Positions 1-9,006 of a stretch of DNA of 64,000 nucleotides are shown here, in pieces (the stretch's first letter is position 1; every line of letters begins with the position of its first letter). Below the pieces are notes generated by a model. That model saw nothing but the letters and a program-made list of their open reading frames with translations. It made no database searches and was not told where the DNA came from. The position numbers and the translations under genes are program-made. This stretch comes from Vulcanimicrobiota bacterium (GTDB taxonomy: Bacteria; Vulcanimicrobiota; Xenobia; Xenobiales; JADMJV01), in assembly GCA_050250895.1 (NCBI GenBank), contig JBFWNU010000001.1, positions 2,852,891-2,916,890 of the forward strand. The letters are read 5' to 3'.

Positions 1-2034
1 TAGAATCTGCTCTTTGCTATGTACGAAATCGCCGGCCGCGAGTCCGTTAATGACGGAGCCTTTGCCGGCGAACATCTGCATCGCTGCGTAGGACCCAAGA
101 TTTGGGACTCCCAGCATGACGATGCGGCTGCCGGGTCGTGAGCAGACCTCCCGCCAGAGGTCCGGTCGTCTGACCATAAGAGCGCGTGCGACCAAACCGC
201 CCATCGAATGACAGAGAAAGCGGATCGGTTGCTTGGAATCGACGGTCGCGAGAACCTCTTCCAATCGGATGGCAAGACGCTCGGCTTCCTCCACCGCCGT
301 CAGGCGCCAGTCGAACGGATGGACGACGACCTGGTGTGAGGCACTCAAAAACTCGCAGAGTTTTCCGTACCAGCGGCTCATTACGCCATCGGCCCTGACT
401 CCCACCCGTTTCCTGTCGAGAGTGAGCTCGCCAAATGCCCCTTTGACCAAATTCTGGAGTGAAACCCAGGTGGGTTTGCCGTCGACAGATAGGGTCGAGC
501 CCATGGCACCGGGCAGGACGAAAACCACAGGCCGCTTGTTCGCTCCTGCATCTCGATGTAAGAAGAACTTGATCGGACTTGGGATCTCGTGCTGGTCTGT
601 TTCGATTTGGCTGTATTTGGAATGGTCGCCAAGCAGTCCGCTTCGGATCGCCTCGTAGGTCGGCTCATTGTAGAAGTATCGGAGATGGTTCGCGTCCGGG
701 CCTTGATGCAGGTAGTAGCGGGCGTAAGCTCGCCGAATGCCTCCGTACATCGCTCGAGTAGGGACCACGTAATCGTGGTCTTCGAGGTAGAAGAGATCGG
801 CGGCCAGCAGGCCGACTTGCTGCTTCAGGCTGCCACCCTTCACATCTGCCGACACCACTGTCAAGTCGGCCGTCGTGGAGCGGTCGGGGCGATTGAGCAG
901 GCGCACCAGGGGCGAGTCAGGCAACATGGCCGCCAGGCCGGGCAGGACATCTGGCTTGCAGCGCTCCTTTATGAGAGCGAGAACACAAGCATGAATCGCG
1001 TCCCAGGCGTTCCGTAAGGCGCTGAACACCGGGGTGGCGGGGGCTGCCCCCACGGCGGTAGCCCCCAGAGCGGCTGCCCCTAAGGCCCAGCCGGGTACAT
1101 TGAGGAGGGTGGAGAGATATCGGTCCAGTCTTCCAGAGGCCAAGGTTGTGCCCCGGCCAGGGCAGGCCACACGGACAAAGCGTTCTACTTTCGGTCGTCG
1201 CTCGGCCAGAAGCTCACGGAACCGTGAGAAATCCGGGGCTACACTCTCGAAGAGTTGCTCGTCGAGCTTGTCGATAGTAGCGGGATCAATGCAGAGGAGT
1301 TCTCCTACGAGCCCACCTCGGGAGTGGCTCAGAATGTGCAGGCGGGCCCCCACCGGAAGGCATTCTAGCAGCGAGATGGCATTGGTCAAGGGGCTTTCCG
1401 TAAGAGTTCGATGGTCAAAGCCGTAAAAGACCCCGCCATAATTGTCCTTCACCAGGTCGAGCCATGCTTTCCGGCGGGAGGGCTCTGCCAGGCCGGCGAA
1501 GGCTGCCATGGTGGACGAGGCTGTACCATGTAGCAGCAATAGGGCCGGGGCCTCGGGGCAGGAGACCTGGTTCACCCTCTGGGTCTTGAACCAGCCGTCC
1601 TCAAAGGAACGCAACTCCAGCAGTCCGGGGTTTGGTATGACTCTGTCTTCCTGAGCTCGACAGAGGGCCCGCGCCGCTGGCGCTGTGGGGCTGAGACGAA
1701 AGACTTCGAGTGCTTTGAGCAGCGCGCCGGCACCTGCTCGCGTCTGTAGACCCGAGGAGAAACGGTCCAGGCGAATGATGCCATCGTCCGCCCCGTCTCG
1801 GGTCTGTGCGCTACGAAACTGGAGCTCTTCGGCGCTGGACCATTGACGGAATCCGCCCTCATACTCCAGCATGACCACATCGGTAGGCTCGACCGGTAGT
1901 GATTGCTCTTGGCCACCGTCCCTCACCGCAATGACCTCGACGCTGTGGACGACTTCGACCAGTTCCATCGGAGGGGTTACTGATGTCCTCCCCGATTCGG
2001 CTTTCTTCCCGGGAACAACAAGTCTGGGTTCCAT
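1..2034 (-). CDS. Large double alpha/beta-hydrolase (lipase/PGAP1-like) protein, 3' end off window; family often carries a C-terminal CHAT domain
   Basis: Manual translation: ATG at 2034 behind a GGAGG RBS, open to position 1 (MEPRLVVPG...LLLLHGTASST...HILSHSRGGLVGE...VFVLPGAMGS...PFDWRL...LCHSMGGLVAR...MLGVPNLGS). Two nucleophile-elbow motifs. Not in the ORF track because it has no stop in the window. CHAT domain is inference only. Confidence 0.8.
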   Translation of the reverse strand, partial: MEPRLVVPGKKAESGRTSVTPPMELVEVVHSVEVIAVRDGGQEQSLPVEPTDVVMLEYEGGFRQWSSAEELQFRSAQTRDGADDGIIRLDRFSSGLQTRAGAGALLKALEVFRLSPTAPAARALCRAQEDRVIPNPGLLELRSFEDGWFKTQRVNQVSCPEAPALLLLHGTASSTMAAFAGLAEPSRRKAWLDLVKDNYGGVFYGFDHRTLTESPLTNAISLLECLPVGARLHILSHSRGGLVGELLCIDPATIDKLDEQLFESVAPDFSRFRELLAERRPKVERFVRVACPGRGTTLASGRLDRYLSTLLNVPGWALGAAALGATAVGAAPATPVFSALRNAWDAIHACVLALIKERCKPDVLPGLAAMLPDSPLVRLLNRPDRSTTADLTVVSADVKGGSLKQQVGLLAADLFYLEDHDYVVPTRAMYGGIRRAYARYYLHQGPDANHLRYFYNEPTYEAIRSGLLGDHSKYSQIETDQHEIPSPIKFFLHRDAGANKRPVVFVLPGAMGSTLSVDGKPTWVSLQNLVKGAFGELTLDRKRVGVRADGVMSRWYGKLCEFLSASHQVVVHPFDWRLTAVEEAERLAIRLEEVLATVDSKQPIRFLCHSMGGLVARALMVRRPDLWREVCSRPGSRIVMLGVPNLGSYAAMQMFAGKGSVINGLAAGDFVHSKEQIL

Positions 2035-2141
2035 GACCGACACCTCCCCGAATTGGTCGCTATTGGTTCCTGGAGAAGGCGCAGACTCCTCCGAAGTGGA
2101 CCACTGCCGAATGAACTGAGATTGTAGGCCCGCTGACCGCG

Positions 2142-3458
2142 CTAGCTCACGCTCGTGGCGACTGGCAGTTTGTGGATATTGAACGCTTTGCTCTTCAGCG
2201 TCTCGAACCCGACGTGGGCGAATAGGCGGCAAGAATGGACCGCATCGCGCCCCTCGAGCAAGGCAGAGAGCCCGGACATGACCAGTCGACCGTCTTCTTT
2301 GACGGAAAGCAGAACGCGTTCATCGATCTCGGGACCCACCTCGAGTTGCCACGGTTCGGAAAAGCGACAGGAAGCGACACTGAGGGATGGAGCGAATTCA
2401 TAGGTGTCGCCCTGGACCTTGAGGGTTGGGACAATAAGGCCATCTGGCTCTTCGCCCTCGGTCAGCAGGCACAGGCTGAAGCGCTCGCCAGCCGGCAAGA
2501 AACCGACCTTTTTGGGAAGGCTTGGCAGGGCGCGATAGTGATAGGCGAGGATGTGGCGCAGGTCCAATCCTCCGTTGCCCTCGTTGTTGGCATCAAAACG
2601 AATACGCTCCAGGTCACCGTCTTTGATCTTCAGAAGCTGATAACCCGCATCCGCTAGTTCTTGTTGCGGGGGGATCTCGGGTACGAGGTTGTAGAATCTG
2701 AAGTCGTGAGCGTGAGCGATGCCGTCGAGGGCCGTGAACACTTTCAAGGCTAGTTTGATCTGGGCAAGAGGAAGGCCCTGGACCAGTCCGGCGAGGGCCC
2801 CCAGGGCCAGATGCTCCACCTGGTCCTCGACGAAGCGAGAAAGCTCACCCTCATTCAGTTTGGCTGTGATGTCTTTGATCTTAGCCATGACATCGAGTAG
2901 CGATGCTCCTGGTTCGAGCTTCAGCCCACTCTCTGCGAGCAACTCGTCGGCGATGTTGGTATTCAGGTCCAAAGGTTCGACTCCCTCGAGCGTTTTCAGC
3001 ATCTTGCTCAGTCGCTCGAAGACGCTGGTCGATTGAGCGATGGCTGCAAGCGATTTTACGGTTCCCTCGCCTTGTCTCAAAGCCGAACCGATATCCGCGT
3101 CTTCGAGGGGAGCCAGGAAGATTGACACCGCGGGGCCCCACACTTTGGCTCGGAACCGAAACTCGTTCTTTTGAAACTTCTTCTTGAAGAAGGAGGTATT
3201 GGTCAAGAACTCGGGGCTCTTATCGTTAGGGTCGAACATGAGGCCGAACAGGACCCAATTGCGACCTCTGAACGGATCCTCAGAGCCCAGCGCCTGGGTG
3301 ACCGCTGGGCCAAAGTCTACTTCGATAAACTGGCTCGGGCGTCGCTCGATGTGTGCCATGTCAGCAAGCGGGACGGTTTTGGAACCCTGGGAAATGATCG
3401 CGCGCATGGGAAAACTGCTCGGTTTGAACATCGACTTGCCTTTCATCTGAACTGGCAT
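2142..3458 (-). CDS. Hypothetical protein (438 aa)
   Basis: Long ORF with protein-like composition, co-oriented upstream of the hydrolase gene; no motif recognised. Confidence 0.6.
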   Translation of the reverse strand: MPVQMKGKSMFKPSSFPMRAIISQGSKTVPLADMAHIERRPSQFIEVDFGPAVTQALGSEDPFRGRNWVLFGLMFDPNDKSPEFLTNTSFFKKKFQKNEFRFRAKVWGPAVSIFLAPLEDADIGSALRQGEGTVKSLAAIAQSTSVFERLSKMLKTLEGVEPLDLNTNIADELLAESGLKLEPGASLLDVMAKIKDITAKLNEGELSRFVEDQVEHLALGALAGLVQGLPLAQIKLALKVFTALDGIAHAHDFRFYNLVPEIPPQQELADAGYQLLKIKDGDLERIRFDANNEGNGGLDLRHILAYHYRALPSLPKKVGFLPAGERFSLCLLTEGEEPDGLIVPTLKVQGDTYEFAPSLSVASCRFSEPWQLEVGPEIDERVLLSVKEDGRLVMSGLSALLEGRDAVHSCRLFAHVGFETLKSKAFNIHKLPVATSVS

Positions 3459-3701
3459 GGGAGAGGATTCGGAGCTCTCTCACTGCTAGCCTGTGGGCGC
3501 ACGTCAGGGACTATCCACAGAACCCCACGCCCGACCCCTTGCTCTTCGTGAGCTTCTTTTTTTTGGGGGACGACTCCTCTCGAATCCAATGGATTTGGGT
3601 ATGCGTTCACTGAGGTTAGAATGTGTCAGAAGGTGAGAAGGAGTGCGTCTTCGTCTGGCAAATCTTGAGCGCTCAGTCATCCATTTTAAGAGGGGGTTCA
3701 A

Positions 3702-5084
3702 ATGCTACAAGTCAATACGCAAGGTGCCAAAATGGTGCAGATCGCTGAAAGCCAATTGGGGCTGAAAGAAGACTCGCGAGGCGAGAACAAGGGTCCGGAG
3801 ATCAAGAAGTATTTCGAAGTGGCCGGCGTCGGAGAAGGTCTGGAATGGTGCAACTTCTTCGTCAACTGGGTTTACAAGCAGACCACCGGCAAGTTTGCTC
3901 CGTGGGGCAAAGACATGGGGTTCGTTCCCGAACTGGTGCGGTGGGCTAAGCAGAATGGTCGGTGGGTGCGTCACCACGACCCCAAAGACAAGCATTTCGC
4001 CCTAGCGGAGCCCCAGGTGGGGGACCTTCTCATCGTGGGCGACTTCCACCCGGATTTCTTGCCGAAGATGCAGCACTACAAGCACGTAGGCATCGTGGCC
4101 GAGGTCCATTCCCATAAGGTCGAGACCATCGACGGCAACGTGGGAAACATGGTGAGTCGCAACCATCGCTCTCGAGCGTTCGACGGCCACTCCGACTACA
4201 TTGCGGGCTATGTGCGACTGTTCGACTCTCTAGCGCCCATTGCCAACCCCCCCATCCAGAGCCGTCTGGTAGCGATGGCCCAGCATCGCTTGATCGTGCA
4301 TCTCGATCAACTGACTGCCGACTCCGAGTTGGTCAGCGAGATCCAGACTCGGCTCATGGAACTTGGACTGCTTAACCCTCCTGATGTCGATGGAATCATC
4401 GGTCCTCGCACCCTGGGGGCCCTGGCCAGGTTTTGTGACTTCGCCCACCTCGACAACATGGCTACCCGCAAATTCGGGCCAACCTTCGCGACCAAGCTTC
4501 TCGAGACCAGGCTCGTTCCTCAAGACTTCTCTATGGGTGTCAACCTGGTAGCGCCGGCGACCAACGAATCAAAGTTTGACACCGCTCTTCGCTTCGTGCT
4601 CAAGTGGGAGGGTGGCTTCGTCAATCATCCGGCTGACCCCGGAGGTGCCACCAACAAGGGCATCACCCAACGAACCTACGACGCCTATCGGCTACAGAAG
4701 TCCCTGCCGACCCGTTCGGTTCAGTTCCTGGCCGATGACGAGATGCGAGACATCTATTCGAATCGCTACTGGAAGCCGAGCCAGGCCGAGTTGATGGTAA
4801 CGCCTCTGGCCCTGGCGCACTTCGACAGCTGCGTCAACTTTGGCATCGGCGGGGGCACCACATTCCTGCAAGAGGCTTTAGGCCTGCCTATGGACGGCGA
4901 CCTCGGTTCCCAGACCCGCCAGGCCATGCTGGCTCGCAACAATCGTGAACTGGCCCTCGAGATCGTCGAGAAACGAATCGCGTATCGTCACGAACGAGTG
5001 CGCCGCAACCCCAGCCAGGAGGTCTTCTTGAAGGGTTGGCTCAACCGCGACAATGATCTCAGGCGCCTCATCCTGAGTTTGTAG
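3702..5084 (+). CDS. Multidomain peptidoglycan hydrolase: CHAP + PG-binding + glycoside hydrolase family 108 lysozyme + PG-binding_3
   Basis: CHAP: EWCNFFVNWV...HVGIV...TIDGN; PG-binding: VDGIIGPRT; GH108: EGGFVNHPADPGGATNKGIT; C-terminal FLKGWLNR. Confidence 0.88.
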   Translation: MLQVNTQGAKMVQIAESQLGLKEDSRGENKGPEIKKYFEVAGVGEGLEWCNFFVNWVYKQTTGKFAPWGKDMGFVPELVRWAKQNGRWVRHHDPKDKHFALAEPQVGDLLIVGDFHPDFLPKMQHYKHVGIVAEVHSHKVETIDGNVGNMVSRNHRSRAFDGHSDYIAGYVRLFDSLAPIANPPIQSRLVAMAQHRLIVHLDQLTADSELVSEIQTRLMELGLLNPPDVDGIIGPRTLGALARFCDFAHLDNMATRKFGPTFATKLLETRLVPQDFSMGVNLVAPATNESKFDTALRFVLKWEGGFVNHPADPGGATNKGITQRTYDAYRLQKSLPTRSVQFLADDEMRDIYSNRYWKPSQAELMVTPLALAHFDSCVNFGIGGGTTFLQEALGLPMDGDLGSQTRQAMLARNNRELALEIVEKRIAYRHERVRRNPSQEVFLKGWLNRDNDLRRLILSL

Positions 5085-5112
5085 TCAGCTCTCAGAAAGG
5101 ATTCGATTTCCC

Positions 5113-5418
5113 ATGGCCGCAAAATGTGAATTGGTCGACCTTTATAATAAGGAGACCATCCAGAATCTCCCCGCGCCCGGAGACGGCGAGTCTTATGCTG
5201 TCTTTCGCGTCGCCGAGTTTACCGAGGCCGGAATCCATGGCTTCATCCGATTGGTCCCCGCCGTGGGCCTGTCTATGTCTCGCAGCAGCATCCCCAAGGA
5301 GAAGGCTGCGCGCATTGGCCAGTTGGCGGCCCAGGTAGTGGAGACGCTCGAAGACGGCAAGATTTCCGACTTCGAGATCTTCATGTTGATGTCTGCCATC
5401 AGGCAGTTGAACAAATAG
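5113..5418 (+). CDS. Small hypothetical protein
   Basis: ORF with AAAGGA RBS-like sequence inside the hydrolase cluster; no domain recognised. Confidence 0.5.
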   Translation: MAAKCELVDLYNKETIQNLPAPGDGESYAVFRVAEFTEAGIHGFIRLVPAVGLSMSRSSIPKEKAARIGQLAAQVVETLEDGKISDFEIFMLMSAIRQLNK

Positions 5419-5495
5419 GGCACCGAGAGTCACCGCGACGCGGTGGCTCTCGGCCTTTTCTGTCGTTTCTAGTTTGCTTAGGATTGGAGTCTCCC

Positions 5496-5684
5496 ATGGA
5501 AATCGATCGTGAACTGATCGCCAATATACAGGCGTGCGCCGAGCTAGCTCAACAGCGGGCCGGTAGCCTGATGGTCCTGGGTGCGGACCCGCCCGGCCGC
5601 GCCGAGGCAGAGGCGGCCTATCGTGCTGCTGTTGGCTATCTGAACCAGGCCCTCGAAGCACTTCAAAAGTGTTCACCAACTTAA
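5496..5684 (+). CDS. Small helical hypothetical protein
   Basis: GGAG RBS before ATG 5496 (MEIDRELIANIQ...); fills the gap before the catalase-like gene. Confidence 0.45.
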   Translation: MEIDRELIANIQACAELAQQRAGSLMVLGADPPGRAEAEAAYRAAVGYLNQALEALQKCSPT

Positions 5685-5703
5685 ACACAGGGAGGTTGTA
5701 GCC

Positions 5704-6720
5704 ATGGCCGAGTTATTGGAGCTAGGCAAGGAATACCCACCCGCTGAGGAGGCCGGCCTCATCGAGAAGCTAAGGATGGCCATCCAGGGTGGAATGCAAA
5801 AGCAAACGCACTCACCAGTCACCCGGGCCCAGCACGCCAAGAGCCACGGTTGCCTGGCTGGGGAACTGAGAGTTGCAGACGACCTCCCTGCTGCATTGCG
5901 CGTAGGCATCTTCGCCAGGTCGACGATCTACCCGGTCTGGGTGCGATTTTCAAATGGAATGGGTCGCAATGAGGACGGGACCTTCCCGCCCGACGCCAGC
6001 CCAGACGTTCGAGGGGCCGCGATGAAGGTGATGCTCGGCAAGGAGTTTGCCACGGCGGAGCAGGACTTCGTCTTTATCAACAGCCCCATCTTCTTCATTC
6101 GGGACGTAGCCGGGTACCTTAGCTTCTTCCCGGTGGCCGAAGCCAAGAAGAGGGGGATCATCGTGTTGGAGAAAGACAAACCTCCGGTGATTCCTGAGGA
6201 GTGGAAGGATCGGTTCGCGGCGGTGAGCTACGCCTTCAAGATCGTCGGTGGGGTCATGGGGCAGAAGACTGGTTCGCCGCTCGAGACCAGGTATTGGACC
6301 GCCACGCCTTACCGGTTGGGCACGGCGGCCGTAAAGTATTCGCTGCGTCCCCACCTTGAGCCGCAGTCAGCGGCCCCGAACGAAAGCGACCATTACCGGG
6401 TCACGATGGCGCAGCAGTTGGCCCAGGCTCCGGCCCGTTTTGACCTGCTGGTACAGGTGCAGGTAGATGCGGAGGCCATGCCGGTTGAGGACCCGACCCA
6501 GGAATGGTCTGAAGCCGATTCGCCGTTCGTCAGGGTGGCCACTGTCGAACTCTTCGCTCAGAGCTTTGACTGTCCCGAGCGTAACCGCTTCGACGAGAGC
6601 CTATCGTTTTCGCCCTGGAACACTCTCCCTGAGCACGCGCCTCTGGGTGGAGTCAACCGGGCGCGCAGGATTTATCAAGACCTGGCCGAGCTGAGGAATG
6701 GTCGAAATGCGACGGCTTAG
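5704..6720 (+). CDS. Small catalase-family heme protein (mini-catalase / allene-oxide-synthase-like)
   Basis: RAQHAKSHGC (distal His), VRFSNG, PDVRGAAMK, QDFVFIN, FSPWN...PLGGVNRARRIY (proximal Tyr). Confidence 0.88.
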   Translation: MAELLELGKEYPPAEEAGLIEKLRMAIQGGMQKQTHSPVTRAQHAKSHGCLAGELRVADDLPAALRVGIFARSTIYPVWVRFSNGMGRNEDGTFPPDASPDVRGAAMKVMLGKEFATAEQDFVFINSPIFFIRDVAGYLSFFPVAEAKKRGIIVLEKDKPPVIPEEWKDRFAAVSYAFKIVGGVMGQKTGSPLETRYWTATPYRLGTAAVKYSLRPHLEPQSAAPNESDHYRVTMAQQLAQAPARFDLLVQVQVDAEAMPVEDPTQEWSEADSPFVRVATVELFAQSFDCPERNRFDESLSFSPWNTLPEHAPLGGVNRARRIYQDLAELRNGRNATA

Positions 6721-6759
6721 CGAATTGAATCTCGATATTGAAAGGAAGAGGCCGAAGAG

Positions 6760-8292
6760 ATGATCACAGCAGACGAGTTGGCGCAAGTCATGCCAAACCT
6801 GAAGGAAGCGAGGCTGAAGAAACTCCTGCCCTTCCTCCAGGAAGCCATGAAGGAGTTCAAGATCAACACCCATGGTCGGGAGGCTGCTTTCATCGCCCAG
6901 TTGGCCCATGAGTCAGGCGAGCTTCAGTTCATGGAGGAACTCGCTGATGGAAGCGATTACGAAGGGCGGGTCGATCTCGGGAATACTCACCCAGGCGACG
7001 GGCGTCGTTTCAAGGGGCGCGGACCGATCCAATTGACGGGGCGACATAACTACACTCTTTACGGCGAGAAGTTGAAGCTGAATCTAGTAGAGAACCCGGA
7101 GCAGGCTGCCAAGCCCGAGGTTGGTTTCAGGATCGCTGGACTCTACTGGTCGCTGAACGGCTTGAACCAACTCGCGGATGAAGGCGACTTTTTTCAGATT
7201 ACCCAGAGAATCAACGGTGGCCAACGCGGTCGTGAACATCGGGAGCGCTTCCACGAGCGAGCCCTCCGCGTGCTTTCCAAGGGCGACAAAGAGTTCGAGC
7301 CCGGTCCATCGTTATTCGTGAATGGGCAGCCGGTCCCGGACGCCTCCCTGAGCCGGGACGGCGCTACGTTGGTAAAGCTGCGAGCCATCGCAGAAAAAGG
7401 CTTGTTCAGGATACTGTCCACCGACAACGATGTTGCCACCATTCAACTACCGGACAAAAGCAACCACCAGGTGGCAATGGTCATCATCGACTCGAATGGT
7501 TACGTCGCGGTCCGGGACCTGCCATTTCAGATCAAGTTCGACGCGACCAACAAGTCCGTCAGCATTGGGAATGGCGAACCTCCGACAGTCTCGGTCGCAA
7601 GCGAGCTTCGAGAGGCCGTCTCGAATGGTGCTTGGAAGCTCATCTCCCCGCCTGACGCGTGGCGGAAGGCCATCGCGTTCGACGAGGCGCTCATTCCTCT
7701 GGTGGAGCAACTTGCCAGGAATTACGGGTGGGTTGCGAAGGTCGACCAGGTGCACAAGAAAGTCTACGTAGGCCCGTCGCTCAAGACCACTATCCCCCCT
7801 GAAACCAAACCAGGCGAGAAATCCAAGTTGAAAGTTGTCAAAGAGCCAAGTTCGCCCAGCGACCCCTACTTCGCGGGCGAGTTTGACAAGCGGGGTCCCC
7901 TCTACCGCATCGAGGGGCCGGAGACGCTGAAGACGCCACTAAGTGAACACTTTGTTCTGGGGGAGTTCGTTTGCAACAATCCGACTTTCAGGCAGTTCGT
8001 TAGGGTGCATGATGACCTCGTCCGGATGTTGGAGGAGATCAGAAGTGCCGTTGGCGGCGCGATCAATCTGACCAACGCTCACCGGCCGTGGCCGCACAAC
8101 GCGTCGATCGGCGGCGCCACCAAATCGGAACACATCGCCGGTACCGCTGCCGATATCTATACGGACGCGATCTCTAACAGCGAGCTTCATCGTATCTGCG
8201 ATAGGATCATAGGCAACAAGGGTGGCGTTGGCCGTTATGCCGATTTCGTTCACGTTGACGTGCGGGGATTCCATGCACGTTGGGATGGCTAA
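6760..8292 (+). CDS. GH19 lysozyme/chitinase + linker domains + peptidase M15A-type Zn peptidase
   Basis: AAFIAQLAHESG, FKGRGPIQLTGRHNY, ITQRINGG (GH19); SEHFVLGEF, SEHIAGTAADI, FVHVDVR (M15). Confidence 0.88.
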   Translation: MITADELAQVMPNLKEARLKKLLPFLQEAMKEFKINTHGREAAFIAQLAHESGELQFMEELADGSDYEGRVDLGNTHPGDGRRFKGRGPIQLTGRHNYTLYGEKLKLNLVENPEQAAKPEVGFRIAGLYWSLNGLNQLADEGDFFQITQRINGGQRGREHRERFHERALRVLSKGDKEFEPGPSLFVNGQPVPDASLSRDGATLVKLRAIAEKGLFRILSTDNDVATIQLPDKSNHQVAMVIIDSNGYVAVRDLPFQIKFDATNKSVSIGNGEPPTVSVASELREAVSNGAWKLISPPDAWRKAIAFDEALIPLVEQLARNYGWVAKVDQVHKKVYVGPSLKTTIPPETKPGEKSKLKVVKEPSSPSDPYFAGEFDKRGPLYRIEGPETLKTPLSEHFVLGEFVCNNPTFRQFVRVHDDLVRMLEEIRSAVGGAINLTNAHRPWPHNASIGGATKSEHIAGTAADIYTDAISNSELHRICDRIIGNKGGVGRYADFVHVDVRGFHARWDG

Positions 8293-8303
8293 GGAGGATT
8301 GAT

Positions 8304-8876
8304 ATGTCGACGGTTTCTGAGCAAGCGCTAACCTGGGTGGGCAGAGATTTCAGACCGGGTGTGCCGGAGCAGTGCATGAACTTTGTGCGGCACGTTCTGA
8401 AGGAATGCGGTAGCCCCCTCGCCGGCAAGGTGACTACAAAGCCGGTGGACGGTCTGTGGACCGGACCGGAACTGGCGAGCTCGCTAGCTGGAGAGGACCT
8501 GGGTCGGATCCTGTCCGCTCGCGGCGAACTGAAGTCTGGGGATATTCTGTTCTGGAAGAATACCTATGGAGATTGGGAAGAGGGCACGATCACGCACGTC
8601 GGGATTTACGTCGGCAATGACAAGTTCGTCCATCGCCCGACACGAGCCAGACCCGTTGAGAGCGAGTCGTTGGCGGGATTCTGGTCAAGGCAGTTTCGCT
8701 GTGCTATGCGAGTGAACGATACCGCGCCGGCACCGGCGAGTATTGAACCCGGTCCCGCCGAGAAGATCGTCTTTGAGATTGTCGCTCACTCGGGCAAGCT
8801 AAAAGGACGGATGGGCAACCATCCCTGGGTGGATCTGGACTCGATCACCATTCGCGGCGACTACAAAGGTAGTTAG
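8304..8876 (+). CDS. NlpC/P60-family cell-wall peptidase
   Basis: AGGAGG RBS then ATG 8304; QCMNFV (Cys), GDILFW, THVGIYVG (His), FVH. Confidence 0.82.
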   Translation: MSTVSEQALTWVGRDFRPGVPEQCMNFVRHVLKECGSPLAGKVTTKPVDGLWTGPELASSLAGEDLGRILSARGELKSGDILFWKNTYGDWEEGTITHVGIYVGNDKFVHRPTRARPVESESLAGFWSRQFRCAMRVNDTAPAPASIEPGPAEKIVFEIVAHSGKLKGRMGNHPWVDLDSITIRGDYKGS

Positions 8877-9006
8877 CCTGACCCAAGCTAGACAAGGGTT
8901 CGAACGCATTCTTGCGCCGGCTTGCGACGTGAGCCCTTCTGTTTGTGATGACGTTCGCAACGGGTTGCTTTGACGCCATCATCTACCAAAAGCGAGCGAT
9001 AGAGTT

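Noticed and set aside
3702-8876. Prophage lysis cassette
   Set aside because: No holin/spanin TM proteins, structural genes, terminase or integrase recognised in the window.
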